From Candidatus Latescibacterota bacterium (GTDB lineage: Bacteria > Latescibacterota > UBA2968 > UBA8231), in NCBI GenBank assembly GCA_965221775.1, contig CBDCSU010000006.1:192001-256000 (forward strand): 64,000 bases of DNA, given 5' to 3'. The notes beneath the pieces were generated by a model, which was given only the letters and a program-made list of their open reading frames with translations, made no database searches and had not been told where the DNA came from. A program made the position numbers and the translations under genes. Below are positions 33,841-42,342 of the stretch, in pieces. Position 1 is the first letter of the stretch, and the number at the start of each line of letters is the position of its first letter.

Positions 33841-34604
33841 GTTGGTCCCGCCGCAACCCCGCCCTGGCCGCCCTCGATCCAGATGTCGCCGAAGGGCCGC
33901 GCCTGCTGCACGCGCACGCGCTGGGACTTGAGCAGCTCGAGGAGACCGATGAAGGTGACCACCAGGTCGTGGCGGTTGCGGCCCTCCACCAGGTCGTGGA
34001 ACCGCAGGCGGGAGCGGCTGCTCAGGGCGCCGAGGATGAGGTCGATGCACTCCTCGACGGTGACCCGCTCCTCGACGATGCGGTGGACCAGGGAGCGGGG
34101 CACGTTGTCGATGACGTGCTTGTAGACCTTCAGCAGGTCGAAGAGGGAGACGGGATGCAGCCCGGCCTCGGACTCGTCGGCCTGACCGCTGCGGCTGTAG
34201 ACGCGGCGCTGCTCGAGGCCCGCGTCGGAGAGCCAGTGGGCGATCTCCTTGAACTGCTGGTACTCCAGCAGCCGGCGGACCAACTCCTCCCTCGGGTCCT
34301 CGCCGCTGTCGTCGTCGGTCTCGCCGCCGGCCTCCCGGGGGAGCAGCATCTGCGACTTGATCTTCATGAGGGTGGCCGCCATGAGGACGAAGTCGGCGGA
34401 GCGCTCGAGATCGAGGAGGTGCACCTCGGACCCGAGGACGACGAGGTACTGGGCGGTGATCGTCGACACGGGGATGTCGTAGATGTCCACCTCGTTCCTG
34501 CGGATGAGGTAGAGGAGCAGGTCGAGAGGCCCCTCGAAGACCTCGAGCCGGACGCCGTACGGGTCGGGGGAGCCTTCGGACTCGAGGAGGGTCGGCTCAG
34601 TCAA
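33837..34604 (-). CDS. scpA: Segregation/condensation protein ScpA
   Basis: FEGPLDLLLYLI, DIYDIP, AATLMKIKSQMLLP, DPREELVRRLLEY, FIGLLEL. Confidence 0.95.
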   Translation of the reverse strand: MTEPTLLESEGSPDPYGVRLEVFEGPLDLLLYLIRRNEVDIYDIPVSTITAQYLVVLGSEVHLLDLERSADFVLMAATLMKIKSQMLLPREAGGETDDDSGEDPREELVRRLLEYQQFKEIAHWLSDAGLEQRRVYSRSGQADESEAGLHPVSLFDLLKVYKHVIDNVPRSLVHRIVEERVTVEECIDLILGALSSRSRLRFHDLVEGRNRHDLVVTFIGLLELLKSQRVRVQQARPFGDIWIEGGQGGVAAGPT

Positions 34605-35145
34605 GGAAGAGGTAGGGCTTCCACCGGTGATCGGCGACGCCCACGTAGTTGCGGATGAAGGTGACGTTGTTGGGGCGCTTCGGCTTGCGGCGCAACCGCA
34701 GGCCCGACTGCTCGGGCGGCCGGTCTCCCTTGCGGGCGTTACAGGCGGCGCAGGCGGTGACCAGGTTCTCCCAGGTCTCCGGGCCCCTGTGCTTCCTGGG
34801 GACCACGTGGTCGATCGTCATCTTGCGGTCGGCGGTCCCGCAGTACTGGCACTCGTAGTTGTCGCGCTTGAAGATGTTGCGCTTGGACAGCACGACGCGG
34901 CGCCGGGGGGCGCGGATGTAACGCTCGAGACGGACGACGCTGGGCACCGGGAAGGCGTCGGACACGGAGCGCACCTGGCGGTCGGCGGGCTCGACGCTGA
35001 TCGCCTTGCCGCCGAAGACGAGGCTCAGGGCCCTGCGGACGGAACAGACGTTGAGGGGCTCGTAGTTCTGGTTGAGCACGAGGACCGCCTCGTCGAGGAC
35101 GGCGGACTGCCTGCGTGCGGCGGTATGGTGAATGGCGCGGATCAT
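34597..35145 (-). CDS. HNH endonuclease (McrA-like family)
   Basis: VLVLNQNYEPL, PSVVRL, RDNYECQYCG, TIDHVVP, WENLVTACAACNARKG. Confidence 0.9.
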   Translation of the reverse strand: MIRAIHHTAARRQSAVLDEAVLVLNQNYEPLNVCSVRRALSLVFGGKAISVEPADRQVRSVSDAFPVPSVVRLERYIRAPRRRVVLSKRNIFKRDNYECQYCGTADRKMTIDHVVPRKHRGPETWENLVTACAACNARKGDRPPEQSGLRLRRKPKRPNNVTFIRNYVGVADHRWKPYLFLD

Positions 35146-35208
35146 CCCATATATCCCGGAGAATCAAGGGGAGCCCGCGCACATCGTCAACCAATGAACG
35201 ATGGGGCT

Positions 35209-35607
35209 TCAGGCGTCCTCGATGAACTCGGCGTACTCGGAAGGGCCCAGGAGGTCGGCCACTTCCTCGGGGTCGTCGAGGCGGACCTTGAGGAGCCAGC
35301 CGTCTCCGTAGGGGTCGGCGTTCACCTGCTCGGCGCTCTCCTCGAGGGTTTCGTTGACCTCCATGACCTGGCAGCTCACCGGGGAGTAGAGCTCCTCCAC
35401 GGTCTTTACCGCCTCCACCGTGCCGAAGGCCTGGCCCTTCTCCAGGGAATCCCCCACTTCGGGAAGCTCGACGAAGACGATGTCCCCGAGCTCGGACTGG
35501 GCGTAGTCGGTGATGCCGATGGTGCCGAGCTCCCCGTCGAGGGAGATCCACTCGTGCTGCTCGGTGTAGCGGAGATCGTCGGGAACCCTGGTTTCCGACT
35601 CTGCCAT
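35209..35607 (-). CDS. gcvH: Glycine cleavage system H protein
   Basis: HEWI, GITDYAQSELGDIVFVELP, lipoyl motif VEAVKT, NADPYGDGWL; likely start MAESET at 35607. Confidence 0.95.
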   Translation of the reverse strand: MAESETRVPDDLRYTEQHEWISLDGELGTIGITDYAQSELGDIVFVELPEVGDSLEKGQAFGTVEAVKTVEELYSPVSCQVMEVNETLEESAEQVNADPYGDGWLLKVRLDDPEEVADLLGPSEYAEFIEDA

Positions 35608-35688
35608 GCTCGCTCCTCTCCGGATGGCTAGACGGCGGCGGCGTGGACCCGCGTCGCCGCGAAACGCCGCCTCGCCGAGTGTTCGCTG

Positions 35689-35717
35689 ATCGTATTCCAA
35701 CCGCCCGGCGCGGGCAA
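35689..35717 (-). promoter_or_regulatory. Putative sigma70 promoter for gcvH
   Basis: TTGCCC-N17-TACGAT on the minus strand. Confidence 0.45.
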
Positions 35718-35740
35718 CATGGCGGCTCCTCCCGCCCCCA

Positions 35741-36298
35741 TCACACCCGCTCCACGTAGTCGCCGGTGCGCGTGTCGATCTTGAGGGTGTCGCCCTGATT
35801 GACGAAGAGCGGCACCGAGACCACCGCCCCGGTCTCGAGGGTGGCCGGCTTGACGGCCCCGGTGGCGGTATCGCCCTTCACTCCGGGTTCGGTGTGGGCC
35901 ACCTTGAGGTTCACGAAGTTGGGCAACTCGACGCCGATGGGCGTGCCCTCCACGACCATGACGAAGGCGCTCTCGCTCTCCTGCAGCAGCCCCGCCGAGT
36001 CGCCGAAGAGGGCCGCCTCGAGACCGACCTGCTCGTAGGTCTCGGCGTCCATGAAGTGGTAGGTGCCGGTATCGGAGTAGAGGAACTGCATCTCCCGCCT
36101 CTCGACGCGGATCTCCTCCACCTTGTCGCCGGAACGGAAGGTGCGGTCGATGACGGCGCCCGTGCTCATGTTCTTCAGGCGGGTGCGCACGAAGGCGCCG
36201 CCCTTGCCCGGCTTGACGTGCTGGAACTCGACGATGGAGAACAGGGCGCCGTCGAGGCGCATGGTGAAGCCGTTGCGGAAACTGGTGGTGTCGGCCAT
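35741..36298 (-). CDS. efp: Elongation factor P
   Basis: FQHVKPGKGGAFVRTRLKN, PGVKGDTA, KPATLETG, VPLFV. Confidence 0.97.
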   Translation of the reverse strand: MADTTSFRNGFTMRLDGALFSIVEFQHVKPGKGGAFVRTRLKNMSTGAVIDRTFRSGDKVEEIRVERREMQFLYSDTGTYHFMDAETYEQVGLEAALFGDSAGLLQESESAFVMVVEGTPIGVELPNFVNLKVAHTEPGVKGDTATGAVKPATLETGAVVSVPLFVNQGDTLKIDTRTGDYVERV

Positions 36299-36308
36299 CT
36301 CTCCCTTC

Positions 36309-37052
36309 TCAAGCGGCGGTGAGCGCCTCGGCGTCGCGCCGGGCGTCCTGGTTGCCGGGGTCGGCGGACAGCACCCGCCGGTAGATCTCGAGGGCGCGGT
36401 CCGGGAATCCCTGCCTGGCGTACAGCCGCGCCAGGGTCACCGTGGGGACCGGACCCCGGTCGTCGATCCCCTCCGCATCCAGCTCTCTGCCGGCTTCGGG
36501 GGGACGGTCGATCTGCCGCAGCAGCGCCGTCAGCTCGGCATCGCCGGGCGCGCCGAAGCGGGAGACGGAGGGCGCCGGGGCGGGGGCGGGAATCGGCACC
36601 TCCGCCGGCTGCGGCGCGGAGGCCGCGGCGGGGGCGGCGGCCGGCCGGGGACGCACCTCGGCGGCCAGCGACGCCAGCTCGCGCTTCAGCCGGGGGCCCA
36701 GCGGGTCGAGGGCGGAGGCCCGCTCCAGGCACTCCAGGGCCCGCTCCCCCTCACCGAGCCGGCGGTGGACCCCGGCCAGCTGCCGGAGCCCGGCGAGGTT
36801 GCCGGGATCGAGCTGCAACCCCTGGTCTATCGCCGCCCGCGCCTGCTGCCACATGCGCCGGGCCTCGTAGCAGCGGCCGAGGACGAAGAACCCGGTGGGG
36901 TAGCCGGGAAACCGCTGGCAGCCCTCCTCGCAGAGGGCCTGGGCGCGCATGGGGCGGCCCTTGCGCAGGTACTCTTCGGCCAGGCGCGCGAACAGGGGGA
37001 TCCGGGGAAAACGCCGAAAGGCCTTCTCCACCTTGCTGGTGCGTGCGAACAC
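36309..37052 (-). CDS. Tetratricopeptide-repeat protein
   Basis: FARLAEEY, TPR helices, C-terminal TVTLARLYARQG; start codon uncertain. Confidence 0.7.
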   Translation of the reverse strand: MFARTSKVEKAFRRFPRIPLFARLAEEYLRKGRPMRAQALCEEGCQRFPGYPTGFFVLGRCYEARRMWQQARAAIDQGLQLDPGNLAGLRQLAGVHRRLGEGERALECLERASALDPLGPRLKRELASLAAEVRPRPAAAPAAASAPQPAEVPIPAPAPAPSVSRFGAPGDAELTALLRQIDRPPEAGRELDAEGIDDRGPVPTVTLARLYARQGFPDRALEIYRRVLSADPGNQDARRDAEALTAA

Positions 37053-37137
37053 CAGATCTCAGCAGCCTGTGGACGAGCGGACTGGCACCGAAGGAACCTT
37101 GCCTCAACAGCTGTCACGGGGGTTTGAACAGCCTTCC

Positions 37138-37166
37138 ATCCTAAACCCGAACCGGCGTACTGTCAA
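37138..37166 (-). promoter_or_regulatory. Sigma70 promoter for the leftward TPR-efp gene run
   Basis: TTGACA-N17-TAGGAT on the minus strand. Confidence 0.7.
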
Positions 37167-37244
37167 CTCGCCCCGGGGGCCCGCGGGACACGCATATCGT
37201 CAGGCAGGACAACCACTTGCAGATTCGCGCAGGCGCCGGAACGG

Positions 37245-37273
37245 TTGACGGAATGTCACCCGGCCGCTATACT
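37245..37273 (+). promoter_or_regulatory. Sigma70 promoter for tRNA-Lys
   Basis: TTGACG-N17-TATACT followed by a GC-rich discriminator (CGGCGCCCC), 17 nt before the tRNA. Confidence 0.8.
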
Positions 37274-37290
37274 CGGCGCCCCTTCGATCT

Positions 37291-37366
37291 GCGCCCATAG
37301 CTCAGTTGGTAGAGCGGCTGACTCTTAATCAGTTGGTCCGGGGTTCGAGTCCCTGTGGGCGCACCA
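37291..37366 (+). tRNA. tRNA-Lys (anticodon CTT)
   Basis: 76 nt; acceptor GCGCCCA/TGGGCGC, D-arm AGCTCAGTTGGTAGAGC, anticodon loop CTCTTAA, T-loop TTCGAGT, encoded CCA. Confidence 0.97.
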
Positions 37367-37378
37367 CTTCCGGCTCTT

Positions 37379-37410
37379 CGGGGAGCTGCGCGGCCCTTCG
37401 CAGCTCCCCG
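37379..37410. terminator. Stem-loop between convergent tRNA-Lys and the membrane-protein gene (probable terminator)
   Basis: 12-bp perfect stem CGGGGAGCTGCG / CGCAGCTCCCCG; no clear U-tract. Confidence 0.55.
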
Positions 37411-37457
37411 TAAGTCCATGTGTGGCATCCTGTTGACATAGCTCTCCGGCGCGCCCC

Positions 37458-39602
37458 TCACCCCCAGGCGAACAGGAAGTTGCCGGTGTGGCCGGTGAAG
37501 TAGTCGACGATCAGCCAGAGGCCGATGGTCAGCATCTGGCCGGCGATCATCCCCAGGAACAGCCCCTGAGTGCAGCGGTAGGTGGTGACGCTCCCGAACC
37601 GCAGGACGAGGACCTTGATGCACCAGGCGACGAAGACGCTGGTGATGGTGAAGGTCATCAGGTTCACCGCCGATACCGGGAAGGCGACCGGGTGGAGTGG
37701 CCACCAGATCAGGCGGTGGCGGGCCCAGTAGAGCAGGGACATGATGCCGCCGCCGCCGAGGAGGAAGCCCATGCCCGGCCAGTAGACGCCGGCGGGCTCC
37801 ATGTTGCGCGCGGCGCTGTCGTAGGCCACCGCCGGCCCGGCCTTGAAGAACCAGCCATCGAGGTTGACGCCGCCGTAGCGGTAGGCGACGTGGAAGATCA
37901 TCCAGAACGAGCCCAGGGTCCCGATCAGCAGGGCCAGGACGAGGGCCAGGAAGACCAGCCGCCGGCTGCGGGCGTCCATGTCCTCGATCAGCTTGAGGGA
38001 ATTGGTGCAGGTGGCCATGGCGAAGGCGCGGACCTCGCTGGCCCAGATGTAGGCCATGGCCATGTTGAAGACGCCCGTGGGGCCCACGAGAGACGAGCCG
38101 AGGCCCATGACGACGAAGTCCGGAGCGTTGACGGGGGCCCGAAGCGTCGCCAGCCCGGCCTCGGCGATGATCCGGGTGATGCCGATGAAGATCACCATGG
38201 CCAGGACGACGAAGAACGAGGAGACCCAGAGCGGCGTGCCCATGATCCACAGCCACAGGATCATGACCGCGGTCCCGCCGAGAGCGCCGATGACAGCCCC
38301 GCGGTAGGGGAGGATCTCGTCGCGGTCGTCGACGCGGGGCGCCCGGCCCAGGGCCTTGAGCCAGACCTCCTTCAGGTGCTCGCGCCCCGTCCACAGCACC
38401 ATGGCGACGAGCACCAGCAGGGCCCCCAGCCCCTGGTAGCCGACAAGGGGTGCGTCGTACACCCCGTGGAAGTGCACCTGCTCCGACTTGATCCCGGCGG
38501 TGGCCAACAGGCTCTTCTGCACCTTGCCGAAGAGGTAGAAGACCCAGACGCTGCCCGATATCCGCGTGTCGATGAAGTAGGTGAAGCCCGCCAGGGCGAA
38601 GTTGAACTTGCCCCCCAGGTACGGTATCGGCAGGTCCAGGGAGACCAGGGGGATGGAGGGGTAGTAGCTCCACAGGGCCCTCATGCTGCCGGCGGCGATG
38701 GGGATGGACATCCCCACCAGCACCGACCAGCGCTTGAAGAAGCCGTTCACCAGGCCTTTCTCGTCCTCGCCGCGGACCATGGCCAGACCGACCTGGGCGA
38801 TGGGATAGCTCAGGCGCTCCCGGTCCATCCACTGGCGCCGCAGGATCACGGCGATGGAGATCATGCAGACGTACAGGGCCAGCAGGAAGACCGCCCACCA
38901 CATGAGCGGCTCGACCCAGGCGCCGTAGGGGATGCTCTGGCCGGGCCGGGAGATCCCCTCGTAGAACAGGGCGTTCCCGGCGCCGTCGTCCACAAGGATG
39001 CCGCGCTCGGGGAAGTGGGGGAAGAGCTTCTCCCGCCACATGTTCTCGGGCGAGGCGTAGTAGAAGACGGCGGTGAGAGAGGGCAGGATGAGCTCGGACA
39101 GACCCATGGTGCACACGGCCGAGACCATGGCCAGCATGGCATAGACCATGATCAGCTCGGCCCGGTTGAGGGCCAGGCTGCGGCCGGACCACGCCAGGGG
39201 CACGTTGCCGAGGGCGCATGTCACGGCGAAGGTGGAGAAGATCAGCCCCGGCGAATGGACATCGACATCGCTCAGGGGCCAGTAGACGTGGAGCCACGCC
39301 CCCGCAAGGGCGATGGCAAGGGCGAGGGCCGCTCTCTTGCCGCGCGCCGCCAGCTTGAAGGCGAGGTTGAGGAACCCGATGAGCACGACGAAGACGAAGA
39401 TCGCCCCCGGGGTGCTGATGTCGGCGGCCACGTAGGCGCCCTTGATGACCATGTTGCTGTAGGGAGCGCTGACGGCCAGGAAGAAGCTCAGGAAGCTCCC
39501 CACGAAGAACCCCCGCCACGTCAGGCGGTGCCGGGACTCCAGCAGGGGCTCCGAGCGCGACTTCAGGTACTGGCGGTAGCTCGGCGCGATTTCCCTGTTC
39601 AC
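37458..39602 (-). CDS. Polytopic membrane protein, DUF6785/DUF6784-type (OPT-like permease), copy A
   Basis: Many hydrophobic helices; motifs LRRQWMDRERLSYP, RIIAEAG, AYRYGG, WWPLHPVAF, GMIAG; paralog of 51541-53682. Confidence 0.75.
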   Translation of the reverse strand: MNREIAPSYRQYLKSRSEPLLESRHRLTWRGFFVGSFLSFFLAVSAPYSNMVIKGAYVAADISTPGAIFVFVVLIGFLNLAFKLAARGKRAALALAIALAGAWLHVYWPLSDVDVHSPGLIFSTFAVTCALGNVPLAWSGRSLALNRAELIMVYAMLAMVSAVCTMGLSELILPSLTAVFYYASPENMWREKLFPHFPERGILVDDGAGNALFYEGISRPGQSIPYGAWVEPLMWWAVFLLALYVCMISIAVILRRQWMDRERLSYPIAQVGLAMVRGEDEKGLVNGFFKRWSVLVGMSIPIAAGSMRALWSYYPSIPLVSLDLPIPYLGGKFNFALAGFTYFIDTRISGSVWVFYLFGKVQKSLLATAGIKSEQVHFHGVYDAPLVGYQGLGALLVLVAMVLWTGREHLKEVWLKALGRAPRVDDRDEILPYRGAVIGALGGTAVMILWLWIMGTPLWVSSFFVVLAMVIFIGITRIIAEAGLATLRAPVNAPDFVVMGLGSSLVGPTGVFNMAMAYIWASEVRAFAMATCTNSLKLIEDMDARSRRLVFLALVLALLIGTLGSFWMIFHVAYRYGGVNLDGWFFKAGPAVAYDSAARNMEPAGVYWPGMGFLLGGGGIMSLLYWARHRLIWWPLHPVAFPVSAVNLMTFTITSVFVAWCIKVLVLRFGSVTTYRCTQGLFLGMIAGQMLTIGLWLIVDYFTGHTGNFLFAWG

Positions 39603-39612
39603 GGGAGGCGCG

Positions 39613-42315
39613 TCAGCGGGTCAGGGTGGAGACGGCCTTGCTGATCATCGCCAGGGCGGCGCAGAACATGCCGACCAGGGCCATGCCGACGCCGAAGCCG
39701 ACGCTGAGCACCATGGCGTAGCGCCGCCACTGCTGCTTGCCGTAGCGTTTCCAGAAGTAGTAGCGGCCCAGCAGGGCGCCGATGATCTGCGGCAGCAGCG
39801 CGTGGGGGATCCCGTTGACGCTCTGCACGTACCCCCAGATCAGGAAGATGGGAACGCCGAAGGCGGCCAGCGTGAAGTAGGCCGTCAGCCCGAAGCCGGC
39901 GCCGAGGAGGATGATCTTCCACTTCTTGCCGCCCAGGGGATGGTGGATGTCCTCGTCCACCAGCCCGTCGCCGTCGTCATCGCTCCCGTTCCTGACCTCC
40001 TCGTCGATGAGGCCGTCGCCGTCGTCGTCCTTGCCGTCCCCCGTGTACTTCACGTCCTCCCACAGCACCTCGTACAGCATGGGAACGTCCGACGACCTCT
40101 GCAGGAAGGTGCCGTCGAAGGTGGGCCGCAGGTCGATCTCGAGGTAGAACTCGACCGAGTCCGCCGGCGCCAGCGCCAGCTGGGCGCGCAGGTTCGGGTT
40201 CATCGCCTCGCGGCCCTGGAGCACGGCCCCGTGGGGCGGCCACACCAGCCCCGGCGCCGGGGGCGGCTCGAGCCCCGGGGAGGGCCGCCCGGGGCCGGCG
40301 GCGGTGTCGGGGGCCGGCGGCGGCCGCGTCCCTTCGAAAGCCTGCGGGTCCGGGCCGGCGCGCGGCGGGTTGCCGCCCTTGAAGTCGGTGTAGAAGCAGC
40401 GGGTCTCCGACCACGGGCCGTACTCCCGCTTGAGCTCGTCGGGGATGTGGTGCTCCCGGGTGGCGCGCACCCGCCAGTACCACCAGTGGCCGTCCTGCAG
40501 ATTGCTCGGGCTCCAGGCGACCTGGCCGTGGCCCAGGAGTTCGTCCTCGAGGCGCTCACCGGCCCGCCACGTCTTGCTGTACATGGTGCTCGAGTAGAAC
40601 AGGGCCTGATCGAAGGCCCGCAGCGGCCACATGCGCTGGGCGTAGGGGTAGCTCTCCGAGGGAATCGGCGCCAGCCGCCACAGGAAGGTCCAGTACATCA
40701 GGCTGACGCCGAGGACGATGGGCAGCATGAACAGCTCGGCCTTGAGGAGGCTGGTGAAGCGCATGCCCACCAGCTCGACGACGCGGAAGCCCTCGGCGTG
40801 GCCGCCGAAGTTGCGGGCCGGGAAGGGCACGAACCAGACGTCGACGCCCCGGTACCCGGTGAGAAAGATGATCGCCTCGTTGATGTACGGGATCGACACC
40901 TCGCGCCCGATGAGGCCGTCGAGGCGGGCGCTGACGAAGGACATGATCGGCGCGTATACGAAGGCGATGAGGCAGAAGGTGACCAGCAGGCCGACGCCGA
41001 CGAGGGTGGGGAACAGGGTCTTGGCGAGGACGATGGGGTAGACGGCGGAGAGGCTGAAGAGGGCGATGCAGGCCCAGATGTGGAAGTCGCCCCGGCCCAG
41101 GTGCCGGATGCAGTACCCCCGCACCTCCGACGGCCGGTTGCAGCCTTCGTGCCGGCACGTGGACGGAGCGGGAGGGCCGCCGTCGCCGAAGTACCGCTGG
41201 ATCTGGTCCTTCTGGCGGCCCAGGGTGGACCACAGCTGGTAGAAGCTGATGAGGGTGACGGCCAGGGTGATGCCGATCCCGAAGGCCCGCCAGAAGTCGA
41301 TGCCGGTGGCGATCTGGGTGCTGATCGTGTCCATGCCCAGGGCCCACCGCGGCAGCAGGCCCAGCTGGTGGAGGACCGGGCTCACGGCGGTGTGCACGAC
41401 GACGCCGGCGAAGGAGCCGATGACCGACCAGAACGGCATCAGCAGGCCGGCGAAGATGGGGCCCAGATGGAGGGTGACGCCCAGGGGCGCGGCGGGCAGG
41501 AAGTTGCCGAAGTAGGGGGTGAGGTCGGCGAAGGGGATGGGGATCAGCTCCTGCCTCTGGCCGAGGACCTCCGTCAGCGTCGGGATGCCGACGTAGAGGA
41601 AGCCGAAGGCGACGCCGATGACGGCCCCGACGCTGAAGATCGGCCACTTCCAGGTCTCTTTCTCATGGCCGCTCTCCTCGGCCAGGGCCATCGACCCCAG
41701 GGCCGACATGGGCGCCGTCGGGAAGGGCAGCTGCTCGCGGTCGGAGGTGAGGCGGAAGAGGACGTACCCGGAGGTGAACCACGAGACCCGCCCGACGATG
41801 GTGCCGAGGACGAGGAGGCCGATGGGCCAGGCCCAGTCCGGGTGGAGGAAGGTGCGCAGCCCGTGGGCTTCCGACCCCGGCCCCGGGGCCCACCAGAACG
41901 GGAGGACCTCGGAGACGCCGAACTGCTCGGCCTCGGGCGAGCGCACGAAGTACTGCCGCCACAGCAGGTCGAGGAAGGCGCCCTCCTCGCGCACCACCAG
42001 CGCGCCGGCCACGTAGACGAGCAGGTAGATCTCCTGGCGCGTGAGGGAGGTGAAGGAGCGCTTGGCCACCTCCAGGAAGAGGATCACCGTCACCCACTGG
42101 GCGGCGGCGCCGATGCCCCCGCCGGTGACCAGGCCCAGGTACATCTCTCCCGGCGTCATGATCAGCGAGATGAAGAGCACCCCGATGATCGTGCGCATGG
42201 TGAAGCCCTCGTCGAAGCGGTCGGGCGGCTGCAGCAGGTCGCGGTACTCCTTGACCTCCTCCCACTCCCGCTCGAGCCGGGCCTGTTGCCTGCTCGTCAG
42301 CCCCTGGTCAGCCAA
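39613..42315 (-). CDS. OPT-superfamily-like peptide transporter with inserted extramembrane domains
   Basis: FDEGFT, AQWVTVILF, LFRLTSDREQLPFP, LAPIPSESYPYAQRMW, QQWRRYAMVL; many TM helices; soluble insert at about 39945-40575. Confidence 0.7.
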   Translation of the reverse strand: MADQGLTSRQQARLEREWEEVKEYRDLLQPPDRFDEGFTMRTIIGVLFISLIMTPGEMYLGLVTGGGIGAAAQWVTVILFLEVAKRSFTSLTRQEIYLLVYVAGALVVREEGAFLDLLWRQYFVRSPEAEQFGVSEVLPFWWAPGPGSEAHGLRTFLHPDWAWPIGLLVLGTIVGRVSWFTSGYVLFRLTSDREQLPFPTAPMSALGSMALAEESGHEKETWKWPIFSVGAVIGVAFGFLYVGIPTLTEVLGQRQELIPIPFADLTPYFGNFLPAAPLGVTLHLGPIFAGLLMPFWSVIGSFAGVVVHTAVSPVLHQLGLLPRWALGMDTISTQIATGIDFWRAFGIGITLAVTLISFYQLWSTLGRQKDQIQRYFGDGGPPAPSTCRHEGCNRPSEVRGYCIRHLGRGDFHIWACIALFSLSAVYPIVLAKTLFPTLVGVGLLVTFCLIAFVYAPIMSFVSARLDGLIGREVSIPYINEAIIFLTGYRGVDVWFVPFPARNFGGHAEGFRVVELVGMRFTSLLKAELFMLPIVLGVSLMYWTFLWRLAPIPSESYPYAQRMWPLRAFDQALFYSSTMYSKTWRAGERLEDELLGHGQVAWSPSNLQDGHWWYWRVRATREHHIPDELKREYGPWSETRCFYTDFKGGNPPRAGPDPQAFEGTRPPPAPDTAAGPGRPSPGLEPPPAPGLVWPPHGAVLQGREAMNPNLRAQLALAPADSVEFYLEIDLRPTFDGTFLQRSSDVPMLYEVLWEDVKYTGDGKDDDGDGLIDEEVRNGSDDDGDGLVDEDIHHPLGGKKWKIILLGAGFGLTAYFTLAAFGVPIFLIWGYVQSVNGIPHALLPQIIGALLGRYYFWKRYGKQQWRRYAMVLSVGFGVGMALVGMFCAALAMISKAVSTLTR

Positions 42316-42342
42316 TCGACCTCGGCATCCGGACCGCGGCCT

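Noticed and set aside
34597-35145. HNH nuclease as a defence or mobile element
   Set aside because: Stand-alone member of a widespread conserved family, coupled to scpA, with no methylase, Cas or mobility genes nearby.
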